A DNA stretch of 62,947 bases, the filler included, from Neolecta irregularis DAH-3 (lineage: Eukaryota), in the NCBI GenBank assembly GCA_001929475.1. It is 8 parts of 8 records of this genome, joined end to end, with 100 filler letters (N's around TTAATTAATTAA, not from the genome) between each part and the next. Parts side by side here need not be neighbours in the genome. Positions count along the whole stretch, not along the records: positions 1 to 17,307 come from LXFE01000238.1; 7 more parts are not named here. One strand, written 5' to 3'. The notes under the pieces are model-generated. The model ran no database searches, was not told where the DNA came from, and saw nothing but the letters and a program-made list of their open reading frames with translations. A program made the translations under genes and the position numbers. Positions 1-11,567 of this stretch are shown here, in pieces (the first letter of the stretch is position 1; each line of letters opens with the position of its first letter).

Positions 1-362
1 GCGTCGGGGCGGCGCCAGGAGCACAGCGCCGGGTCGAAGAGGGCGATGTCGGCGAGCACCGCCTGGCCGTCGTGCGCGCTGCCGCTGGCGCCCATGCCGC
101 CAAACACTACAAGCTGCCCGCGCCACACATGCGCGCTGTGGAAGTACCGCGCCGCCGGAGCGCTCGCCGCCGCCGCCGCCGCCCGCGTCCACACCAGCGA
201 CTCGAGGTCCAGCACGAACACGTCGTTCAGCAGCCGCCGGTTCGCCACCAGCCGCCCGCCAAACACAAACAGCCGGTTGCCCGCCACCGTCACGCTCGCG
301 CCGCTGAGCTGCGGCGGGATGTCGCCCGTCGTTTCCGCGCGGCTGCTGCTGAGCACATCCAT
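1..362 (-). CDS. Kelch-repeat protein, Ral2/Mds3-like (5' part; runs off window)
   Basis: Minus-strand frame not in the ORF track: MDVLSSSRAETTGDIPPQLSGASVTVAGNRLFVFGGRL...NDVFVLDLESLVW...ARYFHSAHVWRGQLVVFGG, i.e. two kelch repeats with VFGG motifs. Confidence 0.8.
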   Translation of the reverse strand, partial: MDVLSSSRAETTGDIPPQLSGASVTVAGNRLFVFGGRLVANRRLLNDVFVLDLESLVWTRAAAAAASAPAARYFHSAHVWRGQLVVFGGMGASGSAHDGQAVLADIALFDPALCSWRRPD

Positions 363-369
363 CGGGGGC

Positions 370-500
370 GGTGCAGTGGCCGCCGTGGTGGAGTGCAGTC
401 GCCGGGTGGAGTGCAGTCGCCGGGTGGAGTGTAGTCGCCGGGTGGAGTGCAGTCTCCGTGGTGGAGTGCAGTCGCCGTGGTGGAGTGCAGTGCAGTGCGG
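370..500. repeat. 18-bp GC-rich tandem repeat (GTGGAGTGCAGTCGCCGG, ~6 degenerate copies)
   Basis: Directly visible, immediately upstream of the kelch gene ATG. Confidence 0.85.
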
Positions 501-1027
501 TAGTCGGAGTCCGCCGCCCGCTGCACCATGGGCTCGCGCCTGTCCAGATCTGCCTCTAGACCCAGAGACGTGCCTGCGCTCCTAGATGCCGTTCCCCCGC
601 CAGACCGCCTTCCAGCTACACCAGACCGCCTTCCAGAGGCTCGCCCAGATCTCCTCCTGTCTCGTCTGCACAAACTAGGCCCCGTGCATCATCTAAACTC
701 CCCTGGAATCGTTCCTCCAGTACGCCTCCTTGGCTTTCTATAACTTGTAGGTACAACACACCCCCCCAGACACAAGTACCCACGCAGATGCCTCCGTGTT
801 ACGCCAGATATTCGAGCAAAAGCACAACGGTGCAACCGTCAAACAAATGCAACAGCAATTCCGTCTTGATCCGAAAGTATTCGAATTGTTGGGCGGCGAT
901 GCACAATGGAGGTTTTCTGTCCCAAAAAAGCAATAGCAACTATATTTGTAGTCAACCCTTCGTTATGAGCAATTCCTTGCAGACCTATAGCCACGTTCGA
1001 CTGTACCGACTTCCTAGCTTCCTTACA

Positions 1028-1318
1028 CATTCCTTACCTTTATCATACATCCAGCAGTCATTTGTAGTTTTGCTTACAAGTACTCTTGAACCAACTGGCA
1101 ACCATTCGGTTCATATACGACATTCCTTGACTTTATCATACATCCAGCAGTCATTTGTAGTTTTGCTTATAAGTACTCTTGAACCAACTGGCAACCATTC
1201 GGTTCATATACGACATTCCTTGACTTTATCATACATCCAGCAGTCATTTGTAGTCTTGCTTATAAGTACTCTTGAACCAACTGGCAACCATTCGGTTCAT
1301 ATACGACATTCCTTGACT
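1028..1318. repeat. 93-bp tandem repeat, ~3.1 near-identical copies
   Basis: CATTCCTT units start at 1028, 1121, 1214 and 1307; gives a 31-aa repeat in ORF 788..1513. Confidence 0.95.
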
Positions 1319-1879
1319 TGGTTGCATTACTACACAAAGAGGCGAGAATACCAATTCGAATCACCAACGCAATTTGGTTGTAAATGGCTTGACATGGATA
1401 CGATCCTGATGGTGGATGGGATGAGGGAGTCAAGTTTGGGATGGACTGCCAAACGAATCCTGGCATACGGCGAAAAAGTAGATATTCTAGTAACGGATTA
1501 TATCAATGGTTAATTCATCATAAATACCACGTTTCACCTCGACTAACTTTCTCATCAAGTAGACACTTCCCATACCAACCTTTCAAGTTACTTATTCCAT
1601 CGTGAATCTGAAACCGTTGATTTCGAATTGTTTCGCCTTTGGACGGCTCAGAGGATCTAACTGTATCCCACGTACGAATACTCAGACTAGTTACTAATGT
1701 CGTGGAATAGGTTCAATTCATAAAGTTGATAGTTGTAAGGGCAATATTTCTTATTCTACACAAATCATATAGGTATGCAATTGAGAAGGTTGGTGGATTT
1801 TATCAGCGAGGCGGTGGATTTGACAATATCCGGTGTTTTCTGACGTCAGTCGAACCCCAAGATCGCTTCTTCCCGCCAA

Positions 1880-2696
1880 ATGACCTCTCTCGTCCATTTC
1901 ACCGCCTCGTCTTCTTTAAATTCACTGGATCAGCCAATAGCAGCAACTTCAGTCCACCTCTACGTCCTTCTCGATCCTCCCGAAGATTTTCACACTCTAG
2001 AATCTCTACTGGTGAAAATATACTCGTACATCTTTCTGAAAAATCCAAAGTTGGAATCAACTGTTTTATTAAGGGGAGCTAGTCCTGTGCCTGAAGAATG
2101 TGCAATGCTTGATGGTACGTCTTGCTCTCTTTAACTGGATCGTCCTTATATAGATGCTTCGCCTGCTCAAGTTCATAATCCGCCGTTGATGAGCGTCGCT
2201 GTTGGCGGCACCTTTGATCATTTACATATCGGTCACAAATTACTTTTAACAGCTACTGTATTCCTTGCAAAGAAACATGTCTTCGTGGGCGTTACCGACG
2301 ATGTACTCTTGATTAATAAATCCCACAGAGAACAACTTGAACCAATAACTTTACGCATCGCCAAAGTCAAAGAATTTCTAAAACGTTTAAATCCAGTCTT
2401 GAAATACACAGTGCGTTAACCCCCTCTTCCCTACCAAAATTAAAAAAATACAGGTCGTTGCAATCAGAGATATCTACGGTCCTACTATCACGGAAAAAGA
2501 TATACAGGGGCTAGTAATAAGCACAGAAACAAAAGAAGGCGGCGACAGAATTAATCAAGAGCGAAAACGTAAAGGATGGAATGACCTCCTCATTTATGAA
2601 ATTCAACTTTATAAATATGAAGGAGAAACGGAAAAGGTTAGTAGTACTACTATCAGAATAAATTTAGCTAGGGAATCAGAGAAAAAGGACTATTGA
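1880..2696 (+). CDS. CAB4: Phosphopantetheine adenylyltransferase (CoA biosynthesis), 2 introns
   Basis: VAVGGTFDHLHIGHKLLL (HxGH) motif, DIYGPT and KVSSTTIR; GT-AG introns near 2115 and 2411. Confidence 0.9.
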
Positions 2697-3112
2697 AAAT
2701 CGAATTTGTTGCTCATGAAGTAGTCTGTTTATTCACTTCAATTCTCCTAGTACCCAGTTAATTGTATAATAAAACTCAGAATCTCTATTTTCTATTCTTG
2801 ACCTTGTCTGGTCACAATGGATGATGTAGCTCTATTAGTTTTCTATAAATGTATTGTAGCTGCTCTTTGTGCTCTGTCCCTCCAAGCCAAGAATCTAAGA
2901 ATCGTTATTTCATAGACAACCACAACCTGCGCGTTACAAGATTTGTTTACTTTGTTGCATGATAATATTTGTGGCGGAAATTGTCACGGGACAGTCCTAA
3001 TTCAGAAACCAAAATACGAGGTACTTACGCATCGAGTAATTATCATGGTAGATCAGTCCGGCTTAGATAGTATACAGCAACAAACACATTTTAGTCATTC
3101 AATCCTTGATTA

Positions 3113-3334
3113 ATGAAGTTCCTTGCCGTTTTATCTGTTTTAATTTCTGTTCTTGCGGTGGCAAGTGATTGGCAAGATCCAGAGCAACCCGAAGATTCTA
3201 CACAAACACTTTTCAAAAGACAGCTTGTCGTTCCAGACCTATCTATGAAAGAGAATCATGTGGGCGCTAATTACCATAGAAGGGTATTGCTAAATCGAAA
3301 TCACTAGAGATCGTTAAGAACCGGCGGTGGATGA
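3113..3334 (+). CDS. Small secreted prepro-peptide candidate
   Basis: Hydrophobic signal (MKFLAVLSVLISVLAVAS), acidic spacer and a KR dibasic site. The 3' end is uncertain: stop at 3307 if unspliced, ~3334 if spliced. Confidence 0.5.
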
Positions 3335-3622
3335 CATGGTTCATCATGTAAATCGATTGTTTGTATATACTATTATTCAATCACCATAATGCATATCTTT
3401 AACAGACAAACGTTAATCTAGATAGCATAGGATTCACGCTGATTATTGGCACTTGTATCTAAAAATGACGGTGCAAGTATACAAGACTGAATATAATTCT
3501 AAAGATTGGATCTGACTCTCCGAAAAAGAAATACACCAATGGTTCACCAGTGAACGAGATAACCAAAAAAGACCCCATCTTTCAATCTCAAACAACTCCG
3601 ACTTCCAAGGTAGTAATCAGCT

Positions 3623-5048
3623 TCACTTAGTTTTTCCAAACTTCAACCACTTGGGAAGTCCTTTTAATTTATCATCCTTCTTATCATCCTTATGCCTCGT
3701 CAAGACAGTCTTATCGTCATCTCCAGTAGCGGCTGGTATATGGGAAGCATCTCTTGCTAGACTCATGTACTCATCGTTTAGGAACCCGTTGCTACCTTCA
3801 AACGGTGCAAGAGGCCGGAAGTGAAACATCACTGAACCACGGGGTACAACATCCACTAGAGGTAGTTCAGATTCTTGTATTTCAGTGTATGGCGAGGTGA
3901 GATCTAATTGTCAGTCGTCCAGCTGAATACACACACAGATTGTAAAAGCGCAGTCAATTTTAATTATCCCGCGTAGCCATGTATAAACGTATTTCACTAT
4001 TCATAATCAAACCAAGAATCAAAAAGAAAAGAATATACCCAAAGATTCCTTTCCAAATGTAGCAACTACAGACACTCCATCAGGAAAGCGGACCTTGATT
4101 TTGATGTAGGAAAGTTCGGGCTTTGAACCAAGTTCTCGTTGTTTTTGGGTCAACAAACGACTGCCTTCATAACGTTCTGCAAGTATTGAATGATATGTTT
4201 GAAACTGAGCTGGAGTCATTTCATAATCCGAGTCCGTTGATTTATCTCCGAGTTAACCATACATATTCACGTGCGAGTTACCTGGAACAGGAATTGGTAG
4301 TAGAACCTTTATATCATCTGGCATTGTCGTAGGGGGTTGAGAAGACGAAGGCCGTGAAGGATCCCGGGAAACTTGTCGGATGAGATGTAGGTCATCAGTT
4401 TCTGAATGTATATCAGAGAGATGCGGGGATACAATATGCTGCGGAGCCATTTCTTCCTGGATAGATTGCTTAATGACCACATCTTCCCCGTCAGGGCGGA
4501 TCATCGTTATTAAAGATGTTGATTTGACACCAAGTTTACGTAACGAGCAATCCAAGTCTTTGATCTAGAAATGTTTGACCACCGACCTCTTAAAGACGGG
4601 ATACCTCATTTCCAAGTATTGACATGTGCAGTCCAAGAGGGTCAATTCCCAGGTCTTGTAGGATTTCTCGAAATGTTCGGTCGTCTGGTATTTTAAGGAC
4701 AGTACGTCCGGTGGTAGTTTGTATGCCAAGACTGATGATTTCGCCTGTTGCAAGTTGAGTTTCCTTCTCATCTACAGGAGCAGCGCACCCCGCTCTTCGA
4801 TTTGAACAAGGTCCACCTTGGCCATGTTTGGAATGCCAGCAAGCCGAAAAGGCAAGGATAAGTCAGGGGTCGTGCCATTGTATCTTTGATGCCATTAACG
4901 ATATTTAAGGATTGGTGGGATACTGCAACTGGAAATACCCTGACAACTTGAGTTTCCGAACCGCTTCATCAAGAACCGAACGGACGGTTTGAGAAGGCGA
5001 CGGGTTGAGCGATATACGGTGGCATCGATGGGTAAATGTGATAGGCAT
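3623..5048 (-). CDS. UBX4: UBX-domain protein (TUG/ASPSCR1/Ubx4 family), 5 introns
   Basis: N-terminal UBL (SVLDEAVRKL...DLSLPFRLAGIPNMAKVDL), UBX IKVRFPDG motif, C-terminal LPKWLKFGK. Confidence 0.85.
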
Positions 5049-5752
5049 GGGATAGAGCTGGGGACCGATCATAGTCCACCGACAACACCTTTTTCTTGAT
5101 TTGCGCCAAAGACTCTCAGTCTGGTCTCGCGCATTTCCCCATACCATCGCAAATAACAAGACCCCTTATTCGAATGAAGTATTGGTGTAGTCTCCAAATA
5201 ATTAGGCAGCCCGGCTAATAAGCGCCATCATGAACATGTTAAACGAAACGATGCCAGACTATAATCTCGACAAGAATCTTTATATCGAATCTTGTATCTG
5301 CGCCGTACCTGGCCGAAATTGATACACCTATCAGACGAATCCAATAAAAAAAATTCTAGGAAACCTGTCACCACTGCACAGGTCGTGGAATTTTTCCTGA
5401 GGGATCAAATTCTCAAGAATTAAATCTACATGCCACCTTACCTAATTTTCTTGTCCTTTATCGTTACTTGACAGACCTGCTGAATTTTATGCTTTTCACC
5501 CAAGGTGTGGGTTTCTGCTTCCCACTGCTAGATAACGGCTTCCATCCCTCATATAGGCTTAATTAAATACAATCAATCAACAGGGAAGAAGAGTATTGTA
5601 AGCTATGCGCTTAGAAGTACGATAAGACCAAATGTTATAACTAGCCTAAGTATTCGTACTTGGCTAGGAATATCTAACTTCTGCCTTGATATACTTCCCG
5701 TTAAGCCACCTTGCCGTATTGGTAAGATATACATCCTTACAACTCTGCTCTC

Positions 5753-5844
5753 ATTTAACCGACACCCCCCTAAACCCGACACAATATATGGAATTCTTAT
5801 CATATATTTATATTGTGTCGGGTTTAGGGGGGCGTCGGTTAAAT
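5753..5844. repeat. Near-perfect inverted repeat (~36-bp arms, short AT-rich spacer)
   Basis: ATTTAACCGACACCCCCCTAAACCCGACACAATATA ... TATATTGTGTCGGGTTTAGGGGGGCGTCGGTTAAAT, 1 mismatch. Confidence 0.9.
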
Positions 5845-6844
5845 CGGCGCTGAGCTTATTGCTTTTCACATTCAAGCTTATTGTTATATTCCCCTCTGAT
5901 CATTCTCGAAAAGAAATCCAGATATCCGTGAAACCTTCCAATCATTCCCCTTCAATCAATGTCGTTTGCCAAATCATAAGCCAACCAAAGTCGATAATCG
6001 GCTTAACTATCCAGATATGAAGTTGATGTGTATCCATCCGATCGCGTCAAGATACATTGCGGATAAAGCCTCATCGCTCATTCAACACTTCGCTTAACCT
6101 TCTTTTCTTTTCTCAGGTTCAGTCTAAGCGTTTCTGGAGAGGAAACCTTCCCAAATATCGTCCGATGACCGGGATATTAAGGATAACAGGCCTAGATTTG
6201 CCAATTGTTTATACAAGTCTTATTCAATCTGTGGTTCTTCAATGGACAAGATCGACGGCATGGGACATCACGGTACGATTGGTGCCAATCGGGTTCGACT
6301 CGGCTGATTAGAAAGTGTCATTTGTTTCCAGGATTCTTTTTGACTAGAACCATATTGACCTCACTGGTGGATTTTGATCACAATTGCAACCTGCGTGTTA
6401 CAAGGTAGAGTTTATTGCCAAGTAGAATTTTGGGCACCAAAAAGTGATATTTCACGTAGCCTAGCTTTATTTGATGATTATCACCTCGGAGCCCTGTTAT
6501 GTATTCCTACAATTTTATGTGCTTCTCAAGGTGATTTTTGAATTGGAAATAATCAATCATGTTTCTGCGCGAGTATTTTAATCCATGCATATTTGAGAAC
6601 TGGAAAGACTATTTTCTACTCCTACACGGGAGGGATTATTACGCTTGAAATGGATGTTGAATAATATGAATATAAGAAGCGAACTATGCATTTTAAGATA
6701 TACGTATTCGATGTGTCGATAAGATTCACAAAACTGGTGAAAAGTTCAAAGAGGTGAGGTGATATGGTGGTGAACCAGAATCTAGAGATTATAATGCGAT
6801 GTATGTATCTAAGGTTAGCGATCGACTGAAAAGGGCGACAAACT

Positions 6845-7996
6845 TTAGTACAAAATGCCGTCCCAGTTCCCCATTTTATGCAACATTCCAAGCATCATAA
6901 CAGCGGGCAAATGCCAAAGACTCGCCCAAAACAATTTTCGAGCATTTGAATCCCCGCCCCATCTCCAAAACCTCCAAGCGTAGAAAGTCAAATAGGAATT
7001 AACACAAGATGAACTGAAAATGAAGCCCGGATCGACAACGCCGTATATGGCCAGTCCGAAACAGATAGGAAAAGTTAAGAGGGAATATCGAAGGGAGACG
7101 CGTGCGTTCAGTGAAGGGTTGGTTACACTCATCATTCTGTAACCTGCACGAAAATAATCGGAGCGTAGAGTCCATGCCAGACTATTGAAATGGGGAAACT
7201 GCCAAGCGAACAACAGACCGGCGAGTAATAATCCGCCTGGATGAGAAAACAAGTCCGGCGTGGTAGCAGCCCAACCCATTAATGGGGGAATAGCACCCAC
7301 AAGGCTTCCCACCCACGTATTAAGAATACTGTATCGTTTCATAGGAGTATAAACTCCGGCGTAGAGCACGATATTGCCGAGTCCGAGAAGAGCGGTAGTA
7401 GTATTCACCCCGTAAAAGAGCAGTGACAATCCTGAAGCTCCGGTGCCAATGGCGAACAAAAAGGCGGTTGAGGGCGAAAGAAGGCCTCTGGGCAGGGGCC
7501 GATTCCTTGTTCTGGCCATTTGCGCATCAAACGGCGGTTCGAGCCACATATTCAGACTGTTTGCGCTGGCCGCACACAGCAAAGTGCCAGGTGCAAAGAA
7601 GAGTAGAGTTGTAAATGTCGAGCAAAAAGGCGAAAGGGCATATGTGGACATTGCGGATAGCACTACCAGGGCTGTGAGTCTGGGTTTTGCCAGAGCTACA
7701 AGAGTCGCCAGTGCCAGCGGCGGAATAGGTTTGTAGTCTGTAGGAAGTGCTTTATGTATTTCTACTGGTGGTTTCTGGGTTTGTGCTGATGTTTTGCTGG
7801 AAAAAATGCAAGGATGGGCGAGGCTACTACGATCTCCGGAGTTCCGGTGCGAGGACCCAACCATAGGGGCTGGTAATTCGTTTAGTGTTTTTTGTGCCGA
7901 ATTGCTGCTAATAATGCGTCTTTGAGGAAAATAAAGATGTTTTCGAGAATGTAAAAAGGATACCCAATGCGAGACAGCTTTGGGTCGCAGGATCAT
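6845..7996 (-). CDS. COX10: Protoheme IX farnesyltransferase, mitochondrial
   Basis: LAKPRLT, DAQMARTRNRPL, YTPMKRYS, WQFPHFNSL motifs; likely start MILRPK at 7996 with an Arg-rich presequence. Confidence 0.95.
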   Translation of the reverse strand: MILRPKAVSHWVSFLHSRKHLYFPQRRIISSNSAQKTLNELPAPMVGSSHRNSGDRSSLAHPCIFSSKTSAQTQKPPVEIHKALPTDYKPIPPLALATLVALAKPRLTALVVLSAMSTYALSPFCSTFTTLLFFAPGTLLCAASANSLNMWLEPPFDAQMARTRNRPLPRGLLSPSTAFLFAIGTGASGLSLLFYGVNTTTALLGLGNIVLYAGVYTPMKRYSILNTWVGSLVGAIPPLMGWAATTPDLFSHPGGLLLAGLLFAWQFPHFNSLAWTLRSDYFRAGYRMMSVTNPSLNARVSLRYSLLTFPICFGLAIYGVVDPGFIFSSSCVNSYLTFYAWRFWRWGGDSNARKLFWASLWHLPAVMMLGMLHKMGNWDGILY

Positions 7997-8038
7997 TTTC
8001 TGATGGAGTGGTGGTGATCGAGGAGCTGAGAATATTTT

Positions 8039-9060
8039 ATGAACACCACTATTGATTTTTCCTCGCCGGTATTTTCTCTGCTTGCACATCCAAGAAAATC
8101 CTTGTTTCTTACTGCTACTCTCACCGGCCATGTTTCGCTTTCACAACCCTCCCTGCAAGAACCGCTGTGGACCACAAAACGTCATAGAAGACCTTGTCGC
8201 GGTCTTGCACTCGATCCCGAGGCTGCGTCATTCGCTAGCATAGGCGCAGATAAAGTGGTGAAAATCGCCGAGCTCGAAACAGGGCAAGTGATATGGAAGG
8301 ACGAAAAGACAACTCTGCATGTCCGCTGTGGAATTGTTGCTGATCGAGGTAGAAGCGAATTGAACGCGGTATGCTGGTTGAACCAGAATATCATCCTGAC
8401 TGGAGACGACGCCGGGGTTCTTCAAGTGTGGGACACAAGAACGCAAAAAGAAGCACGACAATGCCGAATCCATGACGATTATATCAGTAGCATCACACCT
8501 ATCTCCGCTGGCCACTTCATTTGCACATCGTACGTTGTTTCTCCTGGTCTTTTTAAGGATGTAGAGGTGATGCTACATTATCTCACAATTCCATCCTAAC
8601 CACTTTTACTCGTTCCGAAGACCAGGAGTCACAACTTCTTTCCTCTGTATTTTTGAATTCCCGGCTTTATTGCGGGACCGACGATGGCCTGCTACTTGTA
8701 TTTCATCAAGATCAATTCGCTGATCAAAAGGATCGAATCCCAGTCACACTGGGAGAAGATATCGATTGTCTCGCCCTCCTGGACTCTGATAGAATTGTTC
8801 TTGGAAAAAGTGATGGCGGTATTGAAATCTTCCAGGGTCAGAATAACGTAGGACATATTGGACAGTGTGAGGAGAGCATCTCATGTGTCAGCGTCTTGCA
8901 AGATGGAAGAGTAATCACAGGTGCTGGATCTCAAGTTCAAATCTGGAATATCGATGAAGACTTGGGGAATCCGCCCAGAAGAAAGAATAAAAGACAATCA
9001 AAAAATGACGAAACGCATCAAAGGATCAATAATGACCAGTTCTTTGCGGATATGGACTAA
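8039..9060 (+). CDS. JIP5: WD40-repeat protein JIP5/WDR55
   Basis: RHRRPCRGL, TGDDAGVLQVWDTR, HDDYIS, SEDQE and C-terminal FFADMD. Confidence 0.85.
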
Positions 9061-9117
9061 TTATAGTCGTATTCATTCGGTTGGTATCTCCATAGTGTAA
9101 AATGAAAGGTAAGTAAA

Positions 9118-10591
9118 CTAAAGACTCGTTTTGTTGGCTATCAGTGCTGCGATATTTCGACCCATAAGCGCAGAAGTCTCCATCGTACTAATGAATCCTT
9201 CCATACCGTTAATCCACCACAACCCCTTCTCCACCTCAATTTTTCCAAAATCGGAACGAGGTCTCAACTTTGGATATGCTTCCCATTTATGCTGGTAAAT
9301 CCATGTAATCTCTCCGGAAAATAGTTCGTCAAGTCGGACGTCAGTCACTTCCTCTAGCGAAAAGATTTTCCAGACCAACTCGTCTAGGTAGGATTGAACC
9401 ACGGACAGAGAATTAAACCATGGGGTCGAAGAAGATGTAGTAGTGAGGATGAAGTTGGGTGGCGATTTACCAAACGTGGAGGTATTAAGTGAGTAGCGGG
9501 TACTTACTAACGTAACATATAATTCAACATACTCGATTTCCGGGAACTCGATATTCGCAGGAAGTGAAAGTCTGCTTTGTTTCTGTCTCGGTCAACTCTC
9601 TTTTCTGAAAATCTGCCTACGATAGGCGTGGCGATGACAACATGGTCATATAGTTCGCCATCAACACTCCACTTATCTCCCTCTTTCTCAACTTTCATAA
9701 CTTCGGTCTCCAATTTTAAATTCGCCTCGGAAGCCTTGATCATATTTTCGAAGATCAATCTATTACCACCTTTTATGCTCATCACATTACTCGAAGTCAT
9801 ACAAACCATCATAGTTAAGGCCTGGAGTTGATCTAGATTTTGCGCATAGTTGCATCTGGTGGATGCTTGAATTATATCATGGCTAAACTTGCCGCTCACT
9901 CCCAGATCGGAAAGATATTTATTTGCCAAAACTGAAGTCTGGGAATCAAGCGCCAGAAATTTTGCGGCGAGAGTGAGAGAAGCAAATGGTGCATCGTACA
10001 ATTTAAGGAAAGTCGAGATTACTTTCTTGACGTGGTTCTTTACGGTTATCTTTTTCGTGAGATTTGGTATACAAGGGGAATACAGGCGAAGTTCCATATT
10101 TAAGGAGCAACCTGATGGCAGTCTTCCATGAAGGCTCATGAATGTCGAGAGTAAACGAAAATTTCTGACCATCCCAACTAAATATTAAAGAAATTACGGA
10201 TACGACCCAAACATTCCGGTAATTGGGTCCAAATCGAAATCTGAAAAGGATAGATTGAACCTCTGAGTTGTTTCAACGAGGATGTGATTCTCCTGTACAA
10301 AAATACTGGCGCCTGTTATTAGCTAATTTTACGAGATAGGGAAATATCTAATTCGACTGGATAGAGAGGGTCATCATGGACATAGACCACATTGCTTCGT
10401 CCGCCAATATAATCATTTTTCTCATAGATCGTTATATCTGCCTCGGTCGCAGAAGAAAGGTAATACGAGCACGCTGCGCCTCCCGCACCCGCACCAATGA
10501 TAGCAACCTTTGGGCCAGGAGACGAGAGGAACGCTTGTTGTGTATGTTCCGCAAGGACGCAGACCGGGAAGAGGAGACTGTGAAGTTGCAT
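9118..10591 (-). CDS. Prenylcysteine oxidase/lyase, 4 introns
   Basis: Signal peptide, VAIIGAGAGG FAD motif, VELGASIF (across a non-canonical intron), RCNYAQN, FISTMETSALMGRNIA. Confidence 0.9.
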
Positions 10592-11567
10592 AGGAGAGGA
10601 GGTTTAGTATCAAGATTCGTCCAAGCTAATCATTTCTACCGTTTAAGCGAAATAAACCTCCGTAGTATGATCCTAGAATGAAGGTAGTCTCAATTGTGTC
10701 AGTGGCTTTGATTGCTAAAACTAGCCTGATTTAGCCTCTTGATTATTCTAAGATTTCTTGTAAAGTTAAAAGATCTGCATAAGATTGTTGACAATGGAGA
10801 TGGAAGTTGTGAGATAAAGAAAAGAGGGATTCACCTGAATAATTTCAATACCAAAAGCTTCTCTTTGTAATTGAAAATCGCAACATCCCAGCACCATATA
10901 ATATTCAGATACTTTTGTAATTATTAAAATAGCATATCTGTAAGATTAACCGAACATATACTTACCAATACGGTAGAGTGACTTGTGACACGCGGGCTGC
11001 AGTTGTAGAGCTTTGCAGATTTAGATGACTTGGATAAAAACGAGAAAACAGATTGTTCGATTCCTTTGCTGGATGAATAGAGCATTATTCACCGCTCCTA
11101 CAAGCAACCACCTACAGGTCTATTTATAGGAAACAGAAATAGCCGTGTCGGTTATAGAAACCTAGACTCTGACCAAAGGAAAAGCCAAACAAGAGACCCC
11201 CTATAAAATATCATCTACAATATTACTATATCATTTTCGTACCACAGGCTGAGCATATATTGCGGCATTTGGAAGATATATAAAGGCGAAAAACTTGCAT
11301 ACCTAGTCGAAGTTCACTTAGGGTGCATTCGCCAGCCACAAGATTGACCCACTTGTTGCAATTTTAGGTGGTCTTATTTGTACCTTAGGACAAGGTCTTA
11401 CAATATCTGTTGTGGCCAGCGAAATAAACTCAAAATAATCGTGGCTGAGGGAGATAGTTTTAAATCGCAAATCATACTCGAAACTGTGGGTTTCTCATCG
11501 AGCATGCCATCTGGTACGTTCAGAATTTTACGATATATACCCAACATTTCGACTTTTTCTTTTATAC

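Noticed and set aside
46-585. 179-aa + strand ORF and overlapping ORFs
   Set aside because: Antisense shadow of the GC-rich kelch gene plus the tandem repeat.
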